32,000 nt of DNA from an archaeon (GCA_035390665.1 DAOOUC010000003.1:90001-122000), one strand, 5' to 3'; shown: positions 9,464 to 20,800, counted from the first letter of the stretch. A program made the numbers and translations. The notes: generated by a model not told the origin, from the sequence alone.

Positions 9464-12400
9464 AAAGTTATTAATTATTAGCTCTTTTGTACCTATTGGC
9501 AAGTTTGTTTTTTCTTCTATCCATTGTATCTTTGTTGTGGATAAACTTTTAGAAATACATGCATTTCCTTCTCTTACTTGATTAAACATATCAAATATTG
9601 AATAAATGTCAGAAACATTTGAAATTATAGGAAGACTTGTTTCTCCAGAGGTATAATCTTTACCATAAAGTTTTGATAATTGATTATTTTCTAAATCTTG
9701 TATAGATAATCTTAAATTATCATAATCTGAATTTACTGGAAGATAGATCTTTGATTCTAATAAATATTTAGGTGTTAATTCATAACCGTATTTGTTTCTA
9801 AACTTATCTGTAGTTATAGTGTGCCTTAAATATTCATTTCCAAAACCAAATATTGAAATATCATCTATTGTATTATCATATCCTGCATCCATATAATCTT
9901 TCCAATTAAAGATTGTCATATCCCAATCAAAAGAATCGCTTTCACTATATTTTATTTTGTAACTAAAATTATTATCTTGTATATTATTTACTTTTGCAAA
10001 TATATTTATTGGCCTTGATGGTGTAAAATTTAATGCAAGTTGTATTTTTTCTGTTGTACTATTCATAGATAAATCAAATAATACTCCTTTTGAATTTAAT
10101 ACGTCTTGCACTTGCCAATCAATAAGATGACTTGTAGGATAATTTGCAGAAATTTCTGCAATTCCAGAACAATCTTGACCTGGACAATTCGCTTTTTTAT
10201 ATAACTTTATAGTTCCACTTTCTCTTTGTATTACTGGTATTAATTCTGCATAATCATAATTACCAACTATAGTTGAACCATATCCAATTCTGTGAGCTGT
10301 TACCTCGTCCTCTAATAATCCAAAGTCTCCATCCACTGGTATATAATAGAATAAATTGTCTTTATCTATAGGAATGCTTTGAATCAATTGTAATTTTATA
10401 ACTATGTCTGTTGTAAAATTAGAATTATAATTCTCTACTGTTAATTTATATTTTCCTACTTTTTTTGTAGGTGTTCCATCTTGATTTGTTTTTATTATTT
10501 CTAATGATTGTGAATGATTTGATTTTAGATAAGAATCTTGGAATGATTGGGTAATATTATGCGTTAAGAAATCATTATAGCTTTCTCTATAATCAGATAA
10601 AAGATCTTCTGAGATTCCATCATACATTAAATAAACATAATAATTATTGTCTTGTGGTTTATACCTTATACTATCTCCAATAAGTGTAAATATTGAATAT
10701 AATGCTTGAACAGAATCACAATGAATTTTATTGAAATCATAATCTAAATTTGTATCCATACATAAGCTGTTCCAATTTACTGATTCTTGCCCCCAATTAT
10801 AAAGTACTTTTGGAATACTTTCTGGGCCAGATTTACAAGATTCTGTGTCTTTAAAATTACAAGAACCTAATATGAATTGATCATTTCCACTTATTAATCC
10901 GCCTACTCCTAAACAGAAATTCCCTGTAAATCCATTATCACTTATAATGGTTTCGGGATCTTCTGGGATATAAGTCACTTGTACAATTAAATTTCTTGTT
11001 TCTTGTAATGTGTTATTATTTAAATTTAAATCAAAAGTTAATGACTTATTATATGTTTTATACCCTTCTGCATTTTGCATAAGATCAGTAAAGTTTCCAT
11101 CAATAGTTATTGGAACAGGTGTATTTGATATTTCTGTAGGTAAATCAAAAGTCATAGAAATTGGTAATGCATTAGGCATCTGGATTGTAGATAATGATAT
11201 ATTATAACTTTTGGTTTTATTTTTAAAAGTATATACTTTATTTAACTTACAATCAGAAATACTTTTACAAGGAATATTTATTTGTGATCCTTGAGTTGTT
11301 AATTCATAGGCTTTATTTTTTGGATATATTATTATTTTTAATGGAATTTCATAATTAAAAGATTCATTAGGATTTCCTATTTTTATTTGTAGATTTATAT
11401 TTTTTTCTGTAATTTGGTTTATTTGATTGTCTATTAAAGTAAAAATAAAATTAATATTTCCTACAACTTTATTTGATTCAGAAATAACTGTATTTGCTTG
11501 ACTAAAACTTATAATGTTAGTCAAATCATCTCCGGTTGTTGAAATTTCTAAAATTTGGTAATTTTGTGAATTATCAAAAGATAAATCTAAATAATATTCT
11601 AAAGTTCTATTTGTAGAAATATCTGTAATTAATTCTAGTCCTGATCCATTACTATCAGTATAAAAACCGTTATCTTCTGTTATAAACATAGATTCGTCAG
11701 TTAATACTATTCTTTTAATTTTTATATTGGAAGATGCAACTCTGTATATTGTTGTTGGCTCTTGGTTCCCTTGATTTTGCAAAGTAAAAAGATTATTATA
11801 TTCAAAATCTATATTTGTGTCTGTTGTATTAATGTCTATTAAAGCACTTGCTAAAATGTCTGTATCTGCTATAAGTGTTCTAGGCAATTGATTATCTAAT
11901 ATTAATTTTTGATTAATCTCTTCTGTTAATAATCCGTTGACAGCTGTTGTTGAAATATCTTCAAGTATTGTTGATCTGCCGGTTTTATTTTTTATTATGT
12001 AATTGTTGTTTGTTTCAGATATTTTCTTTATTCCATTTAATTCAGTTATAATTACTGGGAATTTTAATTTATTTTCATTAGTTATCAATTGATTATTTGT
12101 ATCATAAAGATCGATTCCTGACCCGATATTTAAAGACAATTCTAATTCGTTGTTTGGAAGATTGGAATTTGGAATTGTATATATAAATTTGATTGTTTTT
12201 CCTGAATCTGCATCTGCAATAAATATTTGAGTATTTAAATAATTATTTGTAATTTCTCCAATATCTGTTGGAACGGTTTCTCCAGAAATTATATATCTTA
12301 CGGATATTCCATTTTGGAATTGCCCGGTTTTGTTTTTTAAACTAATGTTTAAATCATTTAAACCAATGTATATTTTATTATCTGTTGCTTGAGATTTAAC

Positions 12401-15400
12401 TTCAGGAACATAATCGTTTTGTGCATAGGATAAAATATTTGTTGTAGTTGTTTCAAGTATTGAATTTTGAGCATTTCTAAATAATTGAGTTTTAATACTT
12501 GGTTGAGCAGCTAATGAAAAGAAATCAATTGGTTTTCCTATAGCTTGATTAGTAAAATAATATCCTCTTGTGGTTGTTTTTTCTGGAATAATTACAGATA
12601 AATTATTATCCAATAATTGAATTTGTGCAGTATTATTTATTTTGTCTTTAAAACTATTTTTAGAAAATAAATACTTTTCGTTTGTATTTGCAGTATTTAC
12701 AATTATATCTCCGGTTCTATTCGTTTCTCCGAATTGAATAAAATCAAAACTATAATTGTAATCTTTATCTATATAAAGAATATAGTCTGATCCAAATTTT
12801 TCTAATTCTCCATTATTATCATATAATTTAATATTATAAGAATAATTATTACTATCAAATGGAATTGATTGAGAAGTGGTAGATGCGTAGAAATAACCTT
12901 CTGGTCTTATTGTCCAATCTTGCCAATTTGAAACTGTTGGAGAAAAGGAGAAAGATTCTAAATCTGAATTAATGGATCTATAATAAATTTTATAATTATC
13001 TGGATTTGTTATTTCGTTTTTAAATTTTATATTTATTGAATATTCAATAATATTTGGTTCGATATCACTAAAATCAAACTCTGTCCATTTATATTTTCCT
13101 GAAACACATTGATTGCCGGATACATCAGAAGAATAATTAGTATTAAAGTAATTATTATCCCAATGATTTAAGGTTCCACTATATCTGCAACCCGTATTAA
13201 GTTCTGTATTTTCTGGAACAAATAAATTTGTATTAACTAAATATATATAATCGTCATTTTGAGTTAAATATTGCCCTGCTTTTACAAAAACTTTCTTTAA
13301 AACATCTTGATTACTTGAACCAAAAACGGTTTTGAACTTTAATTTATATTCTTTTGTAATATCGTTATTGCCAATAAAACCAATTTTATTTATTTTTATT
13401 GTTCCAGTGGAATCATATAATCCTAAATATTCTGTTGTTGTTTGAATAGAAGACAATGTTGTAGGAAAAGAAATTTCTTTGTTAGTTGTTTGTCCAGGAA
13501 ATAATGTTATTAAATCTGTTTGATAAATAATATCATCTTTTTTAGTCTTTAAATAAATACGGGAACAATTTTCACAATTAAAAACAAATGTTTTATTTGA
13601 ATCTCCTGGGGCACTTGCAATAATTATATTTTCTTTAGATATTTCTTCTCCAGTTATATCAAAGAAGGAGAAATTATAATCATTCTGATTTGGTGTGATT
13701 TTTAGATTTAATGCTCTTGCTTGATTCCCTAAATTAATATTTAATTCTAATACTTCATTATTATCTAATTCCAAAGATGGCAATGAATCTCCGTCTGCGT
13801 TTTCATTCCTTAGTATAGCATAAGCATAATATTCTTTATTACTTCTTACTAAATTAAAATTAACATCTCCATTTAGATTTGTAGTTCTTGGGCTTTCTGG
13901 ATTATATGCTATATATTCTCCATCTAGTTCATAAAATAAATAAACCAAAGCATTTGCTCTATTGTATTCGTCTTTTTTTACATTTACTTTTATTGTTCCA
14001 CTATTTAATGCAGAAGAATATTCCAATGGTATTTCAATTGTTTTATTTCCGTCAGATAATCCGTTTATATCTTGGGGATTTGACGAAATATAGCCACTAT
14101 CTTCTGTATTAGAAACAACAATTCTGTAATTTTTATTTCTTATTAAAACAAAAGTTGTTTGATTAATATCTATTCTTGTGCCTATTAATGTAGAAATATT
14201 GCCATCTCTTCTATAGATTGAAATATTTCCAATAACTGGTTGATTTGTATTTTGGTCTTTTAATTTAATTGTAAGATTACTTAATTGTCCTACAATACAT
14301 CCATTTCCATTTGGATTTGGAGTAACAATTCCAGATAATAATGGACTTGCACAATTAATACTTCCATTACTACAAAATGCACTATATATTGGATTAGTAC
14401 AATTAATATTTTCTAAATCTTCTGCAGTAAAAATAATTAAATCAGCATTTGCTAAATTATCATTAACAACTGTATATGGCCCAAACTTAGGCAAAGTAAT
14501 ATATCCTATTTTATCTACTGAAATTAAATAATTTGATTGAGCTAATTTAAATTTATATTTACCATATGTGTCTGTTGTCCCAGTACTAATTGCCATTTCA
14601 GATTCATTAACAGTAGTTATAGGGTCATCAATTGCATAAACCTTTAAATTTGTATTTGGTATTGCAACCCCGTTTGAATTTTTCACCGTTACTTCTAAGG
14701 TTCCTGTATTTGAATTTATTTTTTTCATTTCAACTATATTGCTTTCAGGGATTTCTCTATCTGTAATTAATTCATAATTATTTGAAACAACACTTACTAA
14801 TAATTGACCACAATTTTTAGGTTGAATAACATTTTGTCTTCCATTTGTTACTGTTGCGGTTTTGGGTTGTGGAACATCTAAATCTGTAGAACATTTAAAG
14901 GTAGCATTTAAAACATCATTAATTAGTACATCATAATTTTTAAAAATTATTTCTCTTCTCTTTTCTGAATTTTGACCAGGGTATTCAAATTTTTTAGGAT
15001 CAAGTCTTAGTTTAATTGTTTGCTCTATATATTTTTGATTTAAATTTATTGTTGATTCAAATCTTAAATAATTTTCTTTAGTTATTGTTAATTCAAGTTT
15101 TCTAGATTTTAATTCTTGAAATTCAATATATCCGAAAGCATCTGTATTTTTTGTTTCTTCCTGCCCATTATAATTTATTTTAACAACTGCATCTTTTAAG
15201 GATAAACCTTGTTCGTCAGTAACATATATAGCTAATGATTTTGACGAAGGGCCAGATACTAGAACGATTATAATTATTATTAAAATTACTGCTACACCAA
15301 TTAAAGGGATTTTAAATTTATTAAATAAAGATTTAAAATCTGGTTTTGATTTTGAATTTACGGGCTTATTTTTAGAATCATCAACTTTTTGTTTAATTTC

Positions 15401-15424
15401 TTCCAGTATTTTATTTTGATCCAT
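9449..15424 (-). CDS. Giant membrane-anchored extracellular protein (1991 aa) with Cna-B/CarboxypepD_reg-like repeats, cassette A third gene
   Basis: Complete ORF. Basic cytosolic tail, TM FKIPLIGVAVILIIIIIVLVSG, repeats such as SLAIYVTDEQGLSLKDAVVKINYNGQEETKNTDAFGYIEFQEL. Collinear with the left-edge ORF over its length. Confidence 0.95.
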   Translation of the reverse strand: MDQNKILEEIKQKVDDSKNKPVNSKSKPDFKSLFNKFKIPLIGVAVILIIIIIVLVSGPSSKSLAIYVTDEQGLSLKDAVVKINYNGQEETKNTDAFGYIEFQELKSRKLELTITKENYLRFESTINLNQKYIEQTIKLRLDPKKFEYPGQNSEKRREIIFKNYDVLINDVLNATFKCSTDLDVPQPKTATVTNGRQNVIQPKNCGQLLVSVVSNNYELITDREIPESNIVEMKKINSNTGTLEVTVKNSNGVAIPNTNLKVYAIDDPITTVNESEMAISTGTTDTYGKYKFKLAQSNYLISVDKIGYITLPKFGPYTVVNDNLANADLIIFTAEDLENINCTNPIYSAFCSNGSINCASPLLSGIVTPNPNGNGCIVGQLSNLTIKLKDQNTNQPVIGNISIYRRDGNISTLIGTRIDINQTTFVLIRNKNYRIVVSNTEDSGYISSNPQDINGLSDGNKTIEIPLEYSSALNSGTIKVNVKKDEYNRANALVYLFYELDGEYIAYNPESPRTTNLNGDVNFNLVRSNKEYYAYAILRNENADGDSLPSLELDNNEVLELNINLGNQARALNLKITPNQNDYNFSFFDITGEEISKENIIIASAPGDSNKTFVFNCENCSRIYLKTKKDDIIYQTDLITLFPGQTTNKEISFPTTLSSIQTTTEYLGLYDSTGTIKINKIGFIGNNDITKEYKLKFKTVFGSSNQDVLKKVFVKAGQYLTQNDDYIYLVNTNLFVPENTELNTGCRYSGTLNHWDNNYFNTNYSSDVSGNQCVSGKYKWTEFDFSDIEPNIIEYSINIKFKNEITNPDNYKIYYRSINSDLESFSFSPTVSNWQDWTIRPEGYFYASTTSQSIPFDSNNYSYNIKLYDNNGELEKFGSDYILYIDKDYNYSFDFIQFGETNRTGDIIVNTANTNEKYLFSKNSFKDKINNTAQIQLLDNNLSVIIPEKTTTRGYYFTNQAIGKPIDFFSLAAQPSIKTQLFRNAQNSILETTTTNILSYAQNDYVPEVKSQATDNKIYIGLNDLNISLKNKTGQFQNGISVRYIISGETVPTDIGEITNNYLNTQIFIADADSGKTIKFIYTIPNSNLPNNELELSLNIGSGIDLYDTNNQLITNENKLKFPVIITELNGIKKISETNNNYIIKNKTGRSTILEDISTTAVNGLLTEEINQKLILDNQLPRTLIADTDILASALIDINTTDTNIDFEYNNLFTLQNQGNQEPTTIYRVASSNIKIKRIVLTDESMFITEDNGFYTDSNGSGLELITDISTNRTLEYYLDLSFDNSQNYQILEISTTGDDLTNIISFSQANTVISESNKVVGNINFIFTLIDNQINQITEKNINLQIKIGNPNESFNYEIPLKIIIYPKNKAYELTTQGSQINIPCKSISDCKLNKVYTFKNKTKSYNISLSTIQMPNALPISMTFDLPTEISNTPVPITIDGNFTDLMQNAEGYKTYNKSLTFDLNLNNNTLQETRNLIVQVTYIPEDPETIISDNGFTGNFCLGVGGLISGNDQFILGSCNFKDTESCKSGPESIPKVLYNWGQESVNWNSLCMDTNLDYDFNKIHCDSVQALYSIFTLIGDSIRYKPQDNNYYVYLMYDGISEDLLSDYRESYNDFLTHNITQSFQDSYLKSNHSQSLEIIKTNQDGTPTKKVGKYKLTVENYNSNFTTDIVIKLQLIQSIPIDKDNLFYYIPVDGDFGLLEDEVTAHRIGYGSTIVGNYDYAELIPVIQRESGTIKLYKKANCPGQDCSGIAEISANYPTSHLIDWQVQDVLNSKGVLFDLSMNSTTEKIQLALNFTPSRPINIFAKVNNIQDNNFSYKIKYSESDSFDWDMTIFNWKDYMDAGYDNTIDDISIFGFGNEYLRHTITTDKFRNKYGYELTPKYLLESKIYLPVNSDYDNLRLSIQDLENNQLSKLYGKDYTSGETSLPIISNVSDIYSIFDMFNQVREGNACISKSLSTTKIQWIEEKTNLPIGTKELIINNFNNTE
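15257..15310 (-). other. Predicted single transmembrane helix of the 1991-aa protein
   Basis: IPLIGVAVILIIIIIVLV directly after the Lys-rich tail (KSLFNKFK). Confidence 0.85.
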
Positions 15425-15438
15425 AGGTTTTCCTATTT

Positions 15439-17463
15439 TTAATTATTAAATAATTCTCTTAAAGGAACAAAAGGAAACTCAAATTCTTTAGAGTTATTCC
15501 CAATAGTTATTTTTCCTTTCAATATATATTCTTGACCATAACAGAAAAGATATTCATCTTCTGCTAAATCATTTCTATCTTCATCTTGTGATGATCCAAA
15601 CCACACAAGTTTATTTTTTTCTAATTTAAACTCTCTCATTCCTATTTTATCATTCATTTCTGAAGAAATTTCTTCTTTATTTGTATAAATTGGTTGTAAG
15701 GTATTATCTATTCTTTTAGTATAATATATTTGATTTGTTACTGGATTAAAATAAAATATTTTTAAATCTCCAGGAAGTATTTTCCCATTAACATTTGAAT
15801 AAATATTATATTCTCTTGTATATCTATTAACTTCGTCAGTAAGATCTATAACTTCACAATGAGGACAATATCTATAATTAACTGACGTTCCGGCAGGTAA
15901 GAAAGAATTTATGCTTTCAATATTTGTTGCATAAATATTTGTTCCTCCATTTAGATTATAAGTTACTTGACTTGGTTGAATATAACAACCAGATAAATCT
16001 ATAGAGTTATTAAAAATTGGGTGTTCTGGTTCTGATTTAATATTTATAGATTTTGGAAGATAAGATCCATTCTTTAAATTATTAATATTAACATTAGTAA
16101 CGGTTATTCCTAAATCTAATAATTTACGCATATACCCTGTATCCCCCGATTCGCCCCCATCATCGGTATTATTATTTGCTTGGGCCGTTGCAGCTAACTG
16201 ATAATCTGCTAAACTAAAATTTAATTGAGATATAATTTCTATTCCAGGATATGTATTTTCTAAAAAATTAATATCTATATTTCCTAAAGTTCCTGGAAAT
16301 CCAAAAGGTTTATCTAATTCGTGATTAGTACAGGTTCCATCAGCAACATTTCGTTTTCCTAATTCTCCTGATTTTAAATTAAGTTTAAAATTAGGGGACC
16401 TATTAATTAATGTTGTTATATTTAAATCCGAAACATCTCCGCCATTACCACTATCTCCATGGTAATCGTGTTCTCCATCATTACCCTCGCCCCAATCACA
16501 ATCATTATCCCCCGCAAATCTGCTTGTTCCTGCCCAGCCACCATTTCCTGCAATTGCTTGCATGGAGAAATCTCCTTGATTTTTTATTAATTTTATTTCA
16601 TTTATATTTATATTTCCTGCATGCCCTCCATTCCCACCATTAAATGAATCGTCTGCAGAATCATCTTTAGGAGAATGACTTCCATTTCCGCCATTTCCTG
16701 TTTTTAAGATTATATTCAAATTATTATTATTCTCGATATTCTGAATTCTAAGATTTAAATTTCCAGAAGATCCTCCTGGTCTTCCGTGTCTTTCTTCTGC
16801 ATCATCTTCGCTATGTGGTTGTCCGCCTTTTCCTCCATTTCCGGTTCCTAATTCAACAATTGAATTCCCAAAATTTATAAAATTTTTAAATGAAATTATT
16901 AAATCGCCTGAAGATATCCCGTCTGTTCCATCGTCTCCTTCACTATCTCCATCTGTTCCATTTTTTCCATCATTTGTTTTTATTTTTATTTCCAATTTAG
17001 AATTAGGTTTTACTGTAATATCTTTAGTTATAAAATTTATTTTAATTGAACTACTTGAAAATGATTCAGATAAATTTTTAATTTTTGCATCTGAATTTGA
17101 TTCAACTATTATGTTTGAAAGATTAATATCTAAACTTTTTGAATTATCTATCACTATATTAGAAGAACCAGATATCACTAAATTCCAATTAGTATCATTC
17201 ATATTTAAATTTTCTTTAACCCAAATTGTTTTTGCATTTAAGTTTAAATTGATTGCATAGTCTTCACAACCGGATAAATTAAATAATTTAGATGTGCTTG
17301 ATTCTAATGGTGTTGTATTAACATTACATTCACAGATTTTAGTTGTGTTATCACAAGAATTACAAGTTATTCCATTTACAATTCCAGAAATAGCACAAGC
17401 AAATATTGGATTTACAAATATAATAAATGTTATTAAAAGTATAAATATTTTTACATATTTCAT
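15439..17463 (-). CDS. Secreted Gly-rich repeat protein (674 aa), cassette A middle component
   Basis: Signal peptide MKYVKIFILLITFIIFVNPIFACA. GNGG repeats. Motif NGSYLPKSINIKSEPEHPIFNNSIDLSGC. 14 nt gap to the 1991-aa gene. Confidence 0.93.
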   Translation of the reverse strand: MKYVKIFILLITFIIFVNPIFACAISGIVNGITCNSCDNTTKICECNVNTTPLESSTSKLFNLSGCEDYAINLNLNAKTIWVKENLNMNDTNWNLVISGSSNIVIDNSKSLDINLSNIIVESNSDAKIKNLSESFSSSSIKINFITKDITVKPNSKLEIKIKTNDGKNGTDGDSEGDDGTDGISSGDLIISFKNFINFGNSIVELGTGNGGKGGQPHSEDDAEERHGRPGGSSGNLNLRIQNIENNNNLNIILKTGNGGNGSHSPKDDSADDSFNGGNGGHAGNININEIKLIKNQGDFSMQAIAGNGGWAGTSRFAGDNDCDWGEGNDGEHDYHGDSGNGGDVSDLNITTLINRSPNFKLNLKSGELGKRNVADGTCTNHELDKPFGFPGTLGNIDINFLENTYPGIEIISQLNFSLADYQLAATAQANNNTDDGGESGDTGYMRKLLDLGITVTNVNINNLKNGSYLPKSINIKSEPEHPIFNNSIDLSGCYIQPSQVTYNLNGGTNIYATNIESINSFLPAGTSVNYRYCPHCEVIDLTDEVNRYTREYNIYSNVNGKILPGDLKIFYFNPVTNQIYYTKRIDNTLQPIYTNKEEISSEMNDKIGMREFKLEKNKLVWFGSSQDEDRNDLAEDEYLFCYGQEYILKGKITIGNNSKEFEFPFVPLRELFNN
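16280..16975 (-). repeat. In-protein Gly/Asp-rich repeat region of the 674-aa protein
   Basis: IVELGTGNGGKGGQ..., LNIILKTGNGGNGS..., FSMQAIAGNGGWAG... with Asp-rich insertions (KDDSADDS, GDNDCDWGEGNDGEHDYHGDSG). Confidence 0.82.
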
Positions 17464-17490
17464 ATTTTTTCTTCTCTTATAATATTAAAA

Positions 17491-17889
17491 TTATGATTGC
17501 TTAAATGGGAAAGTTAAAGAAATATTTTGATCTTGTTCACCATATTTTAGTGTTGATGAAATAAAATAAAATTTAAAGAAATCTTTAGCAACTAATATTT
17601 GTACATCTTTTGTTGCATCTTTGTTTCTTATAAAGAATAGTTTTCCCGTATCTGAGTTTTTACAAGTACTGTAAATATTTATTTGCGGTAAGTTTTGCCC
17701 GGGATAAAATTTACTTGCGGTAAAATTGCCTGAACAGTTAATTAAGTTATCTGGATCTTCAATTTTACCGAAAACAATAGGATAAATGTTTCTGTTTTCT
17801 GTAGGAAATGATATCCAATCTTCTGCAAAGACAAATCTAACATTAACTAACAGAAACAACAATAGCATTATTTTAAAATATTTTTTCAT
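17491..17889 (-). CDS. Small secreted protein (132 aa), first gene of cassette A; resembles only the C-terminal domain of the 499-aa protein
   Basis: Signal peptide MKKYFKIMLLLFLLVNVRFVFA. Alignable by eye: YPIVFGKIEDPDNLINCSGNFTASKFYPGQN / TPIIFGNIQKANSGQTINPQFTYIGDN. 10 nt after the 2514-aa stop. Confidence 0.85.
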   Translation of the reverse strand: MKKYFKIMLLLFLLVNVRFVFAEDWISFPTENRNIYPIVFGKIEDPDNLINCSGNFTASKFYPGQNLPQINIYSTCKNSDTGKLFFIRNKDATKDVQILVAKDFFKFYFISSTLKYGEQDQNISLTFPFKQS

Positions 17890-17899
17890 TTTATCCCAT

Positions 17900-20800
17900 T
17901 TAATTAATTCCTGTTATTCCAATCCCTGTGTATATGTTATTATTTCCATAGATTACTTTTGGATTCCAATAGAATTCTGTAGTCTTTCCACTATCAGAAT
18001 TAACAACACAAATTTGGTTGGTTTTCACTTTCTCAAAGATGTTTGTTAAATTATCTGTATTATAATTTTCGCCATTACTTAAAAGATTCTTGGTATAACT
18101 GTCGTTTGGATTTTTATTATCTTTATTAAATTTAACAATTACATCTCCTCTTGATTTACTTGTTAATTTATAGATGCTATTATGTGAATCATAAGGAACA
18201 TAAAATATTGTTCTTAAGTTTACTATTCCTTTTCTTGCAACAGTATCCCAATCTATTGCATAAGAATTATACATTCTTTCATCAGGTGTTGTTTGTCTAT
18301 CATAGAAATTTATAAATCTAGAATATACATATTCTCCTGAGAAATCATAATAGTTACTATCTCCAACTCCATTCCATACTCCTAAACTAGTGCCACCATA
18401 TAATGGTTGATTTGATGGATCCGTTATTTGATAGTATGCACTAAATGGCATTAAATTTGTTCTTGTTACGCTCATTAATGTTGCATTTGGATAGTTTGGA
18501 GAATAGATTAATTGAATCTGATCTTCTGTTTGTTCTTTTATTGTAAGTATGTTACCTCTTGTTTCTACATTGCTGTTTATTTTAAAGAAATCTTTATTAT
18601 ATTGTACATTTAAATATTTCTTTGGATTTGATGAACTACTATATTTTGTAGTTAAAGGCAATTCTCCTTGTTTACTTATTGTTATTTCATCACCCATATA
18701 TGCTAAACCATAATTTTGTCTGGAATATCCATTGTTTGTTAAACCTACTGCACCATTAAATGGCATTCTGTAGAAAATACTATCGCTTTCTGGTCCAGAG
18801 ATATATGTTAAAGTTACTGTTGTATTAACATCTAAATCATCTGCTCTTATAAAATCCCAGTGCTCATTTCCAAATATAAAATCAATTCTTACTTTATATT
18901 TTCCTGGAACTAAAATGTTTACACCTGATTGATTATTTGTATATTTTAAATTAAATTCTGTGTTATCTCTAAACAATTTTGAATATATCCCATTTTGATA
19001 ATAACTTGGAGCACCTAAGAAAGCATAAGTACTTGATTGTCCAGCAGACATTTTTCCACCATAAGCTTTATCAAAGTCTGTTTGGAATTGTTTATTATAA
19101 TTGTCTGTGATTAGATATGCGTCAAACTCTATTGTTTGTTTTAATTGTTGTATGTCTTCTATATTCCATTCACTAATGACATTATTTGGATATTGTTCTT
19201 TATTAAACCACATATCTATGTAGTCTACTCCATTAAATTGAGCGGTTGTTATTGGAACTTGACAAGGACCTCCTGTTGGTTGTGCCTGGTGCACACTTAA
19301 ATTAATATCTGTTGTGTAATATGTTTGATTTGGATCTTCTAAATAAGTATTTGCTCCAGAATATTCAACTTCTAACTTAATATTGTTTCCTATTAGAGGG
19401 TTTGCTTGTTCACCATAAGTAAACCAATACTCTGCTGTATTTTCATTTTCACAAGCTGGAACTGTTGTGTTTAATATTGGATTGATTGTATTTATTCCAA
19501 TCACTGTTCCTTCAGTGTGTTGTCTTTCAGTTGTACAATTATCATTTGGAAGTAATTCTGTATATGATTTTAATATTTGATTTCCTAATTTTAGATTTAA
19601 TGTTCCTGTTTTTAAAGAACCTGTTCTATTTTCTATAACTACTCCAATCTTTACTAAATTACCATCTGTTCTTGCACTTACATTTTGTAAACCAATGTAA
19701 CCTGCAGGAATTTCATTATCTAGATTTGGAACACTTGAAGTTAAATTATATGATCCAGACAATGCTTGATCAAGAACTTGCCCTGTACTTCTTGGACAAA
19801 TTATTTCTTTATTTTCTAATTGATCTTCTACTTTTTTCATTCTTTCAATAATTACTTGAGACAATTGTGTAGCATCACAATATTGATTACCTGTGCTACA
19901 AACATTTGTATCAAAACCTGTTGTTTTCCATGTCCAATCAAGATTTACTTTTGGCACAGCTCCCTCTCCAGTTTTACCAACCTTCCCTGAATCTGTAAAA
20001 CAATCAACCATATTCTGGTCAACTTGTGGGCTATCAGGATATTGTTTAGAGATAAATGCAAATCTGAAATCTCCAATAGGTTGTGAACCAACAAAGGCTT
20101 TGTCTTGTGAACCATTATTATCATTTAAAGTTGGTTTGAAAGTAATATTCTTATAAACAATATCTCCTCTTAGAAGTTTTTGATATGTGCTATTGCCATC
20201 TATTGAATAATCAACAACGAAATCAATAGGTTTAATACCTGCTTGTTCTGGCCATATTGCTTTATCGTATTTACAAGAAGTATATACTTCAAATTCTAAA
20301 TTTATTTTATTTCTTGTTGGTTTACTACCATAACATTGAACTCCTGCAATTATTTGATCTTCAGTTACTTCATATTTATCAAATTTATCATTACAGTTTT
20401 CGTTTTTTACTATTCTTTTATATTCATCAAAGAATTCTTGGTGTTGTTTTCCACCACATTTTGGCATTTCTGTATCTAACATTTCATCTGATGTTAATTT
20501 ATTTGTTTTATCGTTATCAGTTTTACCTATTAATTTCAAATAAGTAAAATATCTTGCACCAGTAATATCAAACACATTTACAAATTCTTCTTGATCCCCA
20601 TCTGATATAATTTTAATTTCTTTTGTAGTTTCAAAGTCAGGCATCGTGTAAATTTGAGAAACATCTAAAACATGATAATGAGGATTAAATGAATAATCAT
20701 TATGCCAGGTTGATGCCATCCATCCACCAATTGCTATAACACCAATTGCAGCCCAACCCCATGGTCCAATTGCTGCTAATACCGTGTACAAAGGACCTAA

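Noticed and set aside
11010-14112. Plus-strand ORFs 11010..11207 and 13888..14112
   Set aside because: Shadow ORFs antisense to the 1991-aa gene.
16410-16643. Plus-strand His/Leu/Pro-rich ORF
   Set aside because: Antisense of the Gly-rich repeat DNA in the 674-aa gene.
17294-18049. Plus-strand ORFs 17294..17482 and 17786..18049
   Set aside because: Antisense to gene ends and starts on the minus strand; no independent coding evidence.
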